Part shown: positions 38,376-51,483 of the stretch, one piece after another
How positions within the stretch are numbered: position 1 is the first letter of the stretch
Layout of the letters: the number at the start of each line of letters is the position of its first letter
DNA from: Octopus bimaculoides
Taxonomy: Eukaryota
Assembly (NCBI RefSeq): GCF_001194135.2
Contig: NC_068983.1
Location: forward strand, 24,405,068-24,463,419
DNA: 58,352 nt
Direction: 5' to 3'
Notes under the pieces: model-generated
Told to the model about the DNA's origin: nothing
Database searches by the model: none
What the model saw: only the letters and a program-made list of their open reading frames with translations
Made by a program: the position numbers and the translations under genes

Positions 38376-39356
38376 CCTTCTTCTTATTATCCAGATTCAA
38401 CCACTGTGCAAATAGTAAACTAGGAAAAGGCAAAGTAAATATGGTTAATGTAAGGTAATTTTAATTCCTTTTGGCATAGGAATTCCCTTGGAGGTGGTTT
38501 GTAATAAGTTAATGAAGACTTTGGAACACTCTACAGTTCAAGAAAATTACTGGTAAGAATCAATCAGTTTCAAAAGATTTATGAACAGACTGAGACTGTG
38601 ACAAAGTAGTTCTGCATAAAACATTAAAATTATCTTCTCTATACAGCATTTTAACTAATTGCATTTTGTGAACTTCATAGATAAAGACTCTGATTTATAA
38701 TACTGATGCAATTTATACTTCAAATGTTAGAGAAGCATGTACACATAAAAGTTTTTGGTATGTGTGTATAATCATAGAGTTTTCTTGATTGAAATGAAAT
38801 GTATGTAAATATCAGAAAATGTTGAGATTTCTTTTTTTAAGTCCCATTGAATATTTTGTTCGGCCATTATTATTTTTTTTTCTTAAATGTTAGAATGCTG
38901 ATGCAGATGCTAGCTCCTTCATTTCAATAATTAACACTTGAAAGGCAATAGTGAATTTCAACTAATCAACGGCTTTGAACCTCATGCACTGACTTTATTA
39001 CATTGGTGCATATGATCACAATTTACGTTTTGTTTGATTTTTTTTTCATTAAGGATTTTACTTTAGGAAATAGAATTATTTTTCCTCACCATACCGTCAT
39101 TCTCCTATTGGAAAATTTATTCCTGTTACATGCAGTATGATGATTAAGTCGTTAAGTTTCATTGGGTGGATTCTTCCAAGAAATGACTGCAAAAACATAA
39201 ATTACAGTTTTTGTGGCTGAACACTTAAGGTGGTGTTAAGACTTGTGGGCCTAGAATCTATATTATTTTTTGTCTTATATTTTTTGCATGTTTCATTTTA
39301 TATTCTTATGAAGATACACTTTCTTCACTTTCTACTATTTCTATGTATGTGTGTGA

Positions 39357-39396
<40 letters not shown>

Positions 39397-40537
39397 TAGA
39401 TAGAGAGAGATATAGATAGAGAGAGAGAGTAGCACATTCAAATGATTCCAGCTGGGAAATATGATCAGCCAACATTAAAAGATGATGATCTGATTCTTGC
39501 TAATTGACTGATTACTGTTAGAATTAATATGTAGTTGTAAAATACCTTGGAAAATAACTGAATTTTACAGAAACAGTGAAATCCATAATGGCAGAGAAAG
39601 CCAGACTTAAAAGAAAAAAAATACAGAAAACAAAAATTCAGGACATAAAAAAAATAAAATGCACCAAATTAGAAGTTATTCTTAAAATCTTATTCCTGAT
39701 GTTTTTTATATTTTTTCTTTTTCTTGCATGTTGATATTTCTTCTTTCCTCCGAGAGATTTTCATATGAAGTTAGAATGGTCAATATTGATCATTATGAAT
39801 CTTACCAACTCTACATTTTATTTTGTTTCTTTCCTTATTTCTTCCGCCACATTGACTCACTCACTGGTGTTATATCTGCAGAGTGCTCTAAAATATATAT
39901 ATATATTTCACATCTTTGCACAATTCAAAAGTATGAAAAGCAGAGTTGCGTCGTGTATATCGTCTTGTGCAACACACACCACTCCATTTTGAGATAGAGA
40001 CACAATTCACACATGAGATTTATTATAGGAAACAAATGTGTAAAACTATCAAATAGATGAATACACAATCAAAAACCACATAAAACAAAACAGAACACAA
40101 AATGTAACACACTTGACCTTAACCTTAAGTAATAACACACTACAAAAACACCAAAACCAAAACCTCCTTATTAATAATACACTACAAGTAAAAATTTGAG
40201 AACAAGCTACTAATGGCCTGTGTAATGTATAAATTTGAATGTAAAACTGAAAGAGAGGGAGGTGTGGTAAGGTTAGACTTGTTTTGATATTTGCGTGTGC
40301 AGATGTAGGGATGGGTAATATAGTTCATTGATTTGATTTTAGTCACAACAGCACTCCCGCAATGAATTCATATGCTGTGGGGTCTCCTGATGAAATGAAC
40401 ACACGAAATATGATCCACCATGGATACTATGGATTGTACTGAAATCATTCCAGGAATATAGACTATGATTGTTAGAAACGTGATTTGTAGAAACATGTAT
40501 AGTGATGCATTAAAATATTTATAAATTCCAACCATGA

Positions 40538-40605
<68 letters not shown>

Positions 40606-41925
40606 TGTATTTATCCTACATTACATTGGCACAGCTCAATACAAGCCCATAAAACTGCTATTGCAAGTTGGTATCATTAGGCTGTAGCCAACATAATAGA
40701 AATGGAGCTTTTATATGCATACTAAAAAAACTTTCCCGTAAATGAACTTAAAGGACATATATATGTATATATATTCATGCACACGGGCATAAATATACAT
40801 ACATATGTCCATAGGTACATATATAGTTTACATGTATACATATGTGCATGTATGTGTGTGTATGTATGTATATATGTGTGTATATAATATGCTTCGTCTC
40901 ATTCTTCATCTTATATTATTTGTTTTCACTCTTCTGAATTTGCTCTTAGTTCCTAAATAATGAGAAATATATTACAGTTATATTTTTCTGCCATTAAAAC
41001 GATGAGCTGCTTCATATCTTATCCCGTCTTAGTGCTTATTAAATGATGACTGGAAATCTTTTGCTTTTTATTTGGATATCATGCAAAATTTATGAAATCT
41101 CATTAGTTGTGTGTTCTTAGTAAGCTTATTGTTTCTTTATCTTCACAGAGAATATGGGGAAGGAAATTGAACATGATCATCAGCATCTCCTTAAGTTTTC
41201 ATATCTCTTCTGTTTTTTTCCTTTTTTTTTGTTGTTGTTGGTGCCTCAAAGTGTTTATTGTCATCTCTCAAAGTTTAGAAGTAGCTATTATTAAATAATA
41301 ATGATGGTAGAAGAGGCAAGGGGAGTTCAGTGTTTGGTACTGAGGCTAGTTAGTTAAGGAGACTTGTTAATCAAACAAACCGCATCATCTTTGTCATGGT
41401 TATGAGTTTTTTCAATTATTATTATTACTGAGAGAGCAGCACACATTATCAAAGTGACGCTGGAATATAAATATACAAAGCCCACCATGACTAGCTATCT
41501 CATAAGGGTACACCAGTCACATGCATCACAACCACATGTATGCAACATACTGACCTCATATCAAGATAATCAACACTTGACCATGAAGGTGGGGTCCAGT
41601 TAGAATTTTATTCAGGCTGAGTAGCTCCCTGAATAGGTGTTGTTTAAGGATGATGAACAAAACACCCATTTTTCCAAGGGTGAAATATTAAAATCCCAAA
41701 GAATTCAACTTCTAGCAGGTCATTATTGATGGTAGAAAGGGACAACTTTCCATGAACTTTCAGAAATATGGGAATAGAATATAAAGATTTGAGAGGCTAC
41801 CATACTTCATTGCTGTTTATTCTGCCAGAATAGAAAAACTTATGCATTAATGTAAAATACTTACTCGGTACATATCAAAGATAAGTAATGAATACAGAAT
41901 GAACATTTAGCATAATTATTTAAGT

Positions 41926-42256
41926 CAGTGGTTCTCAACCATTTTTTTATCTACGAACCCCTTTCATTACTATTTTACTTTGGTGGATCTCCATAGCCAT
42001 TTGATGTTTAAAAACTAGTATTATAAATCTTCCAAAATTTCTATTTTGCTTTTCTCATATTAACTTGCGTTGACTGAACTATGTAAAACATTAAAGAGAG
42101 AAATCTTGCTCTTTCTTGCAATAAATACATCTAAAGGAAAATTTTTTTATGGACCCTTGATATACTACTGTGGGTCCCTAATTTACTATTTTGCTTACGT
42201 TAACCCCCAGTCTTACATGGATCCCCAGGGGTATGGACTCTGTTTGAGAACCACTG
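41926..42256 (+). mobile_element. hAT-type MITE
   Basis: TIRs cagtggttctcaa / ttgagaaccactg; degenerate 8-bp TSD atttaagt (41918-25) / attcaagg (42257-64). Confidence 0.8.
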
Positions 42257-42514
42257 ATTCAAGGTGTAAACACAAAGCTGACACAATCAAATGGAATTAA
42301 GGAAGCCAGATGATACGTTGAAGACAGCACATCACAAAAATATATTTTAATTCTCAATACTCTAATTTGGTTTCTCCAAAGCACAAAGATATCTGGATAT
42401 CTCACTCTGTACTGTGGCTACTGTTTGTATTCTCATACTTTTTATTTGCTCATAATATGCCACTCACCTATGGTCATAAATGTTGGTTAATGATGAAAAG
42501 TATACGATTATGAA

Positions 42515-42885
42515 AATGAGTGGCTGAAATGGGGTTCCTTCATTAGGTCTCTGGAGTAATGTTACTTGACAGGGTGCATAGCTTTGAGATAGGGTTGCCT
42601 CTCCAGGTCAAGCTGCTTGTAGAGATCACATCTTTAGAATTATGGACATGTGATTAGAATATCACTGGAAAGAATTGCAAGAAATATTTTTCAAGGTGAG
42701 TCAGCTTACAGGTGACCTTAAGGTAGACCAAGAATAAGACAGTTGGATATCCATAATCTCACTTGCTCCTGCTTGGTAATCCAATGGGGAAGTCTAATAA
42801 TGGATGCTTCTGATATGACCCTATTGCAGAGGTGTTTGAGAACTATGCCCCCCCCCCCATGACCCTCCCAGTAATGGTGAGTGGA
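42515..42885 (+). mobile_element. RTE-clade LINE 3' fragment
   Basis: VAEMGFLH*VSGVMLLDRVHS / YGHVIRISLERIARNIFQGE..R*P*GRPRIRQLD..LQRCLRTMPP. Confidence 0.75.
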
Positions 42886-43429
42886 GAAAGTAGATGTGTG
42901 AATTGAATTTTTTTCCAGATTTTAAAATCTAAGTTACAGGTGTGCATAATAATAGAAAACTGTTACTTATTTTTCTATGGCCATATATGGGATAGTATAA
43001 GATACATGTATTGTCCAAGCCAAACCTATTGTTCCTAGTTAAGTGATGCATGATGAAAAGTTTAAATCACTGGGATAATTTTACATCTTTCTGTGATAGT
43101 GATAATACATTAAATGATTATATTTTGTAAGTGTCTCCATTAAATCATAATACACTCGTGTACTTATATGATTGTGTTGCTTGAGGTTGTTTACTATCTT
43201 ACTGACACATCCAGATGATTTAGAATTAAAATGGAAAACCAAAATGGAAATATCAGAGTGAAGAAATTGACTTGATTTCCGTTTAAATGTTGTAATGTTC
43301 TTCTATTTGTGTATACAAGAATATATATTACTTAAGGCTTTGTTTCAATAATCCACTATATACTTATAGCGCAAAAGCATTCCAGCTGTGACTATTCAGT
43401 CAATACATATATTGCTTAATGTATGAAAT

Positions 43430-43640
43430 ATATAAAGTGGTGAATTGATAGAAGTGTTAGCATGCTAGGCAAAACGCTTAGTGGCAATTCATCCACCTTT
43501 ACTTTCTGAGTTTGAATTCTGTGAAGGTCGAATTTACCTTTCATCCTTTTGGAGTTGATAAAATAAGTACCAGTTATGCACTGGAGTTGATGTAATCACC
43601 TTATCCCCTCTCCTTGACTTCTTGACCTTGTGCATATGGA
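43430..43640 (+). mobile_element. SINE family C
   Basis: Head, ttcatccttttggagttgataaaataagtaccag core and tail present. Confidence 0.75.
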
Positions 43641-43651
43641 ATATTCTCATT

Positions 43652-43917
43652 ATCATCATCATCATCATCATTTAACATTCAATATCCATGGGTTGGACAA
43701 TTTGACATGGGTTGGACGGTTTGACCAGAGCTGGCAAGTTGGGGAGCTGCACCAAACTTCAGTCTGATTTGACATGGTTTATACAGTTGGATACCCTTCC
43801 AAATGCCAACCACTTTACAGAGTGTACTGGGTGCGTTTATGTGGCACTGCACGGGCACTTTTACATGTTGCTGCACAAGCACTTTTATGTGGCACCACAC
43901 AAGCACTTTTACATGGA
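43652..43917 (-). mobile_element. Family B copy with short tandem units
   Basis: (cat)n, ccatgggttgg, cactttacagagtgtactgggtgc, then ~24-bp gcacttttatgtggcac units. Confidence 0.75.
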
Positions 43918-44495
43918 GTATAATGGAATATTCAGGAGGTGGCAGATGCAGGAAAGAGAGCCTCCAATCTAGGGAAATAACGGGATGCACACAAACCAAT
44001 AAGAATAGACTAGGCTCAATGGAGTTGTGGTCAAAGACAATAGAAAAGTCAAAGAGGGTAAGAGGATGCCAAGAGAAACCTAAAAGTAATCTGGAGGGCT
44101 AACGGAATAGTAGACAACATGAGAGAGTGCACTCCAAAGAAGTTCCAGCTAGAATGACATATAGCATAAAGCTTCATCTTCAGCTTCATATAGCATAAAC
44201 CTCCTACCTTCGAATACAAATATATCTATATGTATGTGTGTGTGTGTGTGTGTATGCATACATCTTTGTGTTTATGTTTACCCCAGCACCACTGCTTAGC
44301 AACAGGTGTTGGTGTGTTTATGTCCTCATAACTTAGCAGTTTAGCAAAAGAGACTGATAAAATAATTACCAGGCTTTATAAAAAAATTGCTGGAGTTGAT
44401 TTATTGAACTAAAATTCTTCAAGGTGGTGCCCCAGCAATCTTATGATTGAAGCCAGTAAAAGATAGAAGTGTCACACACGCACACACACACACAC

Positions 44496-44558
<63 letters not shown>

Positions 44559-45792
44559 GTCTGTAAAGTCACGGTGGGATTTCAAAGCTATTTATTGACG
44601 TAACTTGCAATATTACATATTGTATATACATATTGACTAAGAGACCAACTAATAAAGTTTATGTACAGTTTGGTGCAGTTCGGTGTGGCTTCCATTTATT
44701 GCCATCTACACATCTAATCAATACTCCAGTTCTTGCTGTACACAACAAAGAGCATCAGGTGTAACAGATTGAACAGCTTCCACTGTTTCTCTCCTTTAGG
44801 TGCTCAATAGCAGTATCAAGAACACTACACACATTGCTTGATCACAGAGGCCATGCCTTCCATGCATCCTTTCTATCCATCACTGTAGAGATATCCTATC
44901 CAGAAAGTCACAGATAATTCTGCTGTAGTGCAGGAACCTGATCATGTTTACAGACACACTGTATATATCGTCATCATTGTCATCATCATTGTTTAACATA
45001 ATATTGTTAATTTCTTCTTTATTAAAAAAAAAAAGATGCATGATTTTAAGTGCTGATATTCAAAACATTAAATTCAGGGATTTCTTTTAAAATGAAAAAA
45101 ATGTAGAATAAAAATATTGGAGGTGTTATAAAAAAAAATCCTCATTTAAAAATTTGTTCTCCTGAAATAAGTTAATGATTTGAGATAGATAAGGTTATTA
45201 TTATAGATTATTGTTTTTATTTCTCAACACTATCATTAATAACATTTCGTTAACTTAAACTAGTGTTGCTGAAAGTAAGAGATTTCTTTTTTAAAGAAAG
45301 AAAAAGCAACTCATTGCAAAAAGTGAACAAAAACACTATGTATTTGAATGTTTGGATGAGAAACTAATCATTCAAAAATATATGTCTGTCCTACGATAAG
45401 ACCCAAAAATTCCAAATATATAATTACTAGATGTAATGACATATAACACAGAATCATTAATGATCAAATCTTAAAAGTCTGAAGACTGTTTAAAACAAGA
45501 TAAAACAAAAAAATGACGTGTGATGTATAATTCATATGTTTTGAAATCTTATTAGTTTTGGTTATTCAGGAAAACCAAGGAATTTGTTTTCTTAGATTTT
45601 CCACATATTACTGGTACCACTTTTCATTACGATGCTTTTCTTTGAAATCACCATAGAGAAATCTTGTTTAGCCCTTTGCTTCCTATGAAGAAGAAATCAT
45701 GAATGCATTTTCTGTTATTCTTGACTCTGGTCTGTCTTTTATGCTTCTTTCCACTTGGATTCCTGCTCTTTTGCGCCTAAATTTGAAACCAT

Positions 45793-45793
<1 letters not shown>

Positions 45794-45883
<90 letters not shown>

Positions 45884-45912
45884 GTTATTGTTGTTGTTGT
45901 TGTTGTTGTTGT
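45794..45912. repeat. (AAT)n-(ATT)n-(GTT)n compound microsatellite
   Basis: Direct inspection. Confidence 0.95.
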
Positions 45913-45914
45913 TG

Positions 45915-46037
45915 AAGGCAGTGAGATGGCAGAATCATTAACACACTGGATAAAATGCTTAGCAGTATTTCACTTGTCCCTATGTTTTGAGTTCAAATTC
46001 CACCGGGGCTGACTTTGCCTTTCTTCCTTTCAGTGTT
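45915..46037 (+). mobile_element. SINE family C head and core running into an N gap
   Basis: gaaggcagtgagatggcagaatc..gagttcaaattcc..gactttgcctttc. Confidence 0.75.
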
Positions 46038-46795
46038 GATAAATCAAGTCCCAATGAANNNNNNNNNNNNNNNNNNNNNNNNNNNNNNNNNNNNNNNNNN
46101 NNNNNNNNNNNNNNNNNNNNNNNNNNNNNNNNNNNNNNNNNNNNNNNNNNNNNNNNNNNNNNNNNNNNNNNNNNNNNNNNNNNNNNNNNNNNNNNNNNNN
46201 NNNNNNNNNNNNNNNNNNNNNNNNNNNNNNNNNNNNNNNNNNNNNNNNNNNNNNNNNNNNNNNNNNNNNNNNNNNNNNNNNNNNNNNNNNNNNNNNNNNN
46301 NNNNNNNNNNNNNNNNNNNNNNNNNNNNNNNNNNNNNNNNNNNNNNNNNNNNNNNNNNNNNNNNNNNNNNNNNNNNNNNNNNNNNNNNNNNNNNNNNNNN
46401 NNNNNNNNNNNNNNNNNNNNNNNNNNNNNNNNNNNNNNNNNNNNNNNNNNNNNNNNNNNNNNNNNNNNNNNNNNNNNNNNNNNNNNNNNNNNNNNNNNNN
46501 NNNNNNNNNNNNNNNNNNNNNNNNNNNNNNNNNNNNNNNNNNNNNNNNNNNNNNNNNNNNNNNNNNNNNNNNNNNNNNNNNNNNNNNNNNNNNNNNNNNN
46601 NNNNNNNNNNNNNNNNNNNNNNNNNNNNNNNNNNNNNNNNNNNNNNNNNNNNNNNNNNNNNNNNNNNNNNNNNNNNNNNNNNNNNNNNNNNNNNNNNNNN
46701 NNNNNNNNNNNNNNNNNNNNNNNNNNNNNNNNNNNNNNNNNNNNNNNNNNNNNNNNNNNNNNNNNNNNNNNNNNNNNNNNNNNNNNNNNNNNNNN

Positions 46796-46848
<53 letters not shown>

Positions 46849-47000
46849 TATGCACACACAAAGCTATATATATTATATGCACTTTGTTTTATGTTTGTAT
46901 AATTTAATAGCCTTGCATGTAAATTTATTTATGTTTTGGCCACAAACATACTGTTTTAGTACTATAGTTAATGATGTGTTGCCAACAAATTATTATGTTT

Positions 47001-47031
<31 letters not shown>

Positions 47032-48204
47032 TGTGTATGTGTTTCTGTATGTGTTCGTAAGAGCAAGGTGTACAGAAACAAAATAAAAGTATTTGGTACT
47101 TTGGTGAAGTAGAATTTGTGCGGTATACAGATCAAATTCTCTTAGAATCTAAACAGAGTCAACTGTTTAAAATTCACCTTGTAAAGAATATACGGATACA
47201 CACACACAGAGTGAAAGAGATGTGCATTAATGTTTATGTGACTATAGACATTTATCTATGTGTTTGTGTGTAATTGTGTGTATGTGTGCATATGTGTTTG
47301 TGTGTATATCTTTCTATATGCATATTACACATTCCTTCTATACTTTTGTATATCGTTGTACATTAGTCAGTATTTGTGTGCATGATTGTATGTATTTGTT
47401 ACACACACAACACGCAGCACACACACAACACAAACACACTTCACACACACATCACACACATCACACACACTCTCTCTCCTCTTCCTCTTCTCTCTCTCAT
47501 TCTTACACACAATATGTGCATATTGGTTTATCTGCAAATTTCATCATTGCTTTAACGTAACTATTTGCTTTGGCCTTCCTTCATTACTCCGTCTCTGTTT
47601 TATCACGTAGAAAGCTGTGTCATGTGCTTATGTCTGTGTTTGATCCACAAATTAGCCCTGATGTTTATTTTCTTCACTGTGTGCAGAGAGTTTGTAATAT
47701 ATTTCAAAGAATGTGTTAGACATTACTAATATGCTGTTAATAAATTCTGAAGTGAATAAATGACTCTAGGTAGCTGTGATGTGTTTTGATTTTTGGAATT
47801 TTTTTTCTTTTTCTATTCTACTTGGCAAACTTAGTAACCAACTAATTGAAAACAGTAGTATTATATATAAAACATTATCACCATTATAATCACATTAGTC
47901 ATGGTGATGATGATGATGGTGATAGCAAATATGATTATTATCATTGCCTTTATCATTATAGTAACCAGCTTCATGAATTCAGTAAATCCATTCTGTTGTG
48001 GGTTTCTGTTTGTGTTTGTGCCTATGAAATAGCTGATACTTCTCAGTGTTTCTTCTGTCTTCTGGTGGAAAGAAAATTTGATTTTCTTTTCCAATTACTA
48101 ACTGTAATTAGGGAAAGTCTGCAGGAGGTGAGTAGAGTAGTATATTTGCCTCAGAATTTGGTAGAAATGTATTAAAATTAATTTGGAGATACAGCAGCAG
48201 TAGC

Positions 48205-48256
<52 letters not shown>

Positions 48257-48345
48257 CTTTCTGCTATAGGCACAGGCCTGAAATTTGGGGGAGGGTGATA
48301 ACTAATAACACTGACTCCAGTACTCAACTGGTACTTATTTTATCA

Positions 48346-48381
<36 letters not shown>

Positions 48382-49075
48382 CAGAAACAGAAGGGGTTTA
48401 TCATAGCAGCCCAAGATCAATGCCTACCTACAAAGAACTACCAGGTCAACATATTAAAGAACGGCAGCTCCCCATTANNNNNNNNNNNNNNNNNNNNNNN
48501 NNNNNNNNNNNNNNNNNNNNNNNNNNNNNNNNNNNNNNNNNNNNNNNNNNNNNNNNNNNNNNNNNNNNNNNNNNNNNNNNNNNNNNNNNNNNNNNNNNNN
48601 NNNNNNNNNNNNNNNNNNNNNNNNNNNNNNNNNNNNNNNNNNNNNNNNNNNNNNNNNNNNNNNNNNNNNNNNNNNNNNNNNNNNNNNNNNNNNNNNNNNN
48701 NNNNNNNNNNNNNNNNNNNNNNNNNNNNNNNNNNNNNNNNNNNNNNNNNNNNNNNNNNNNNNNNNNNNNNNNNNNNNNNNNNNNNNNNNNNNNNNNNNNN
48801 NNNNNNNNNNNNNNNNNNNNNNNNNNNNNNNNNNNNNNNNNNNNNNNNNNNNNNNNNNNNNNNNNNNNAAATACTGTCTATGTGATCTCAAATTTTAAAA
48901 CAAACATAATTTTCTTATGGTTTCTTAAACATTCCCTATAACAACACTATGTACAAATCCAAATATATGGTACCCTAGGCATAACACCTATATGAACTTC
49001 TAACTTGTCTCTTGAGGTCTCTGGGTGAGACTTGGATCCAACTTGTACAAATGCAAAACAAAAGTCAAACATAAA
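48382..49075 (+). mobile_element. R4/Dong-like RLE retrotransposon 3' fragment, family A copy 1 (spans an N gap)
   Basis: SETEG / GFIIAAQDQCLPTKNYQVNILKNGSSP before the gap, KILSM* after it (48885), then a 3' UTR nearly identical to 55809-55997; (AAT)n on both sides. Confidence 0.8.
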
Positions 49076-49096
49076 ATAATAATAATAATAATAATT

Positions 49097-49312
49097 ATCC
49101 TTTCTACTAAAGGCACAAGGCCTGAAATTTGGGGGAGGGGACTAGTCGATTACATCGAACCCAGTGTTTTCACTGGTACTTAATTTACCAATTCCAAAAG
49201 GATGAAAGGCAAAGTCAACCTTGGAGGAATTTGAACTTAGAATGTAGCAACAGGTGAAATACCACTAAGCATTTTGCCTGGTGTACTAACGGTCCTGCCA
49301 GCCTGCTGCCTT
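49097..49312 (-). mobile_element. SINE family C, AAT tracts on both sides
   Basis: ggcacaaggcctgaaattt..ctggtacttaattt..ggatgaaaggcaaagtc..ctgccagcctgctgcctt. Confidence 0.8.
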
Positions 49313-50587
49313 CAATAATCATAATGATAATGATAATAATGGTTTCAAATTTTGGCACAAGGACAGCAATTTCAGGAGAGGGGTTAAGACAAGACATAGT
49401 TATTATTTTTGTCTTTGTCCCCATAAGTTAATGAAGTGATACTGCTAGATGGTACATGGATTGCTTACTATTTTTTGTTGTTGGTGGTGCTGGAGATGAA
49501 TTGCTGTGTCTTAGCCAGTTGTAGCTTTTAGAGGAGATGTAGGCTCTAATGGTTCACTCCTGCTAATAAGGATAGGGCAGTTTTATTTGCTGATTCATGA
49601 ATTGTCACCATAGAACTGACAGCTTTCCTGATTTGTTGTTGCTGTCTATTGTCTTTAAATTTTCTGAATAGAAAGCCTTCAAACAGATTTCCCTTGCACA
49701 TTTATTGTAGCTGTGTTGTCTACCTCGGAGTCTAAGTTTTAAGGTTTTCGTCTTGACACTCTTTGCAGGACATAGTTCTGGTATTGTTTTATGATCTTGC
49801 AGGATCATGAGGACTTTTATGTCCATAGTGACCCCATCTGACAACATATTATCAAATGTCACATCTACACTGACCCCTACTCATATTGTGCTATGACGGT
49901 CACTGCTGACCAGGGCGCAATATTGCCATTAGTGGCTCTGATAATGTTTTCTTTCCCAAGTTCTCTAAAAACAGCTTATGACTAGGTATTGCCTGCTATT
50001 TGGGTTTGCTATTTTGTCACATCCTTTGTTTTTAAAATGGCACGTAGTACTCATGTGCCGTCCATGACTCAATGAAGGGTATTCCTCATAAAATATTTGC
50101 TGGTACTCTCTCCAAGTTTTGCTTGGAGGGGACCGTTGTTGCTGCTGCTGCTGCTTCTTCTCCTCCTCCTCCTCCAGTACAAAGCCAATAATTTTAGCTG
50201 GTGTTGGTTAGTTGATGGCATTAATTCCAATGCTCAAGTGGTACTTAATTTATTAGCCTTGAAAAGATGGCGGGACAAAGTCAATTTGGACAGAATTGAA
50301 CCCAATGTAAACAGCAAGAAGAAATGCTACTAAGCATTCCGTCTGACGTGTTAACGATTCTATCAGCTTGCCATCTTTAATAATAACAATAAATAACAAT
50401 AATAATAAAAATAATGCTAACAACAGCAGCAGCTTGTTGCTTTGATTAATATCTTGAATTACATATCTCATTAAATTAAATGTTGTTTCTAACATAAGAA
50501 GTTCTACTCTCTCGTTCCTTTTAGTGAAGGGTGGTGGTGTTACCCAAACAGTTGAGCATCTGTTGAAATAACTTAAGATATTTAGTT

Positions 50588-50623
<36 letters not shown>

Positions 50624-51452
50624 CCCTTCTTCTTTCTCTCTTTACTATCTCTGTTTATCTGTCTGTCTCCCTCTTTTGTGTTCAAGTTCTGCTGTTATTG
50701 ACCTTCATCCCTGGGGGTCAATAAATTCATATAATGGAGTTAATTCAATTGACTACTTCCATCCAATATGAATTTGTGGCCTTGTGCCAATGTGAGGAAA
50801 GAAATTAGGAGAAGTTACTAAAACGAAAGTGCTTGTTGCCATCATCTTCATTGTTATTGTCGTTATTATCATCGTTATCTTCATTTGAGATACAGTAGTA
50901 TTTCGGCTGATCTCATTAATTTTTTTTGTCCTGCTTTTCCATTGTTATATTCCAAATTGTACCCTTTGCAAACCAATTACTTGGGGGGCTGTTTAAACCG
51001 TTTCTTTACATAATTTTCTTAATGAAGCTAATATGATAGTTTGTCTTGTTGGAAAGGTGAAGATCTATTAGTATCTTGATTAAGCACTTATCTGATCTTC
51101 AATGTACCATTTGTCATCTTGACTTATAGCCATTACTGCTATAATACCAAGCTCTCTATTGACTGTATGATTGCAGTTGTTTAAATGTCTGAATGCCTGA
51201 GATGCATTATTGTTAATAAGGCAATAATTTTCTGGATTATTAACCAACGCTTTGGAGTGTTTATATGCAATATTTACATAGACACAAAGACAGCTGTGTG
51301 GTTAAGAAGTTTTGATATAATTTCATGTATATAAGAAGTATATAGTTTTGTGTTCAATCCCACTGTAGCACCTTGGTAAGTGTCTTATACTATATGGGTC
51401 TACCCAAAACTTGGGAGGTAATTTGGGAAACAGGTATTATGGGAAGCCTGCT

Positions 51453-51483
<31 letters not shown>

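Noticed and set aside
40380-40420. CTGATGA..GAAA hammerhead-like motif
   Set aside because: Stem II and stem I pair poorly and there is no valid NUH site; at best a decayed relic.
43915-44160. Possible RTE tail
   Set aside because: Similarity limited to a few residues across several frames.
49440-50110. Possible decayed LINE endonuclease/linker on minus strand
   Set aside because: Only a faint SSDRH (cf. SDH) similarity; too degenerate to call without tblastx.
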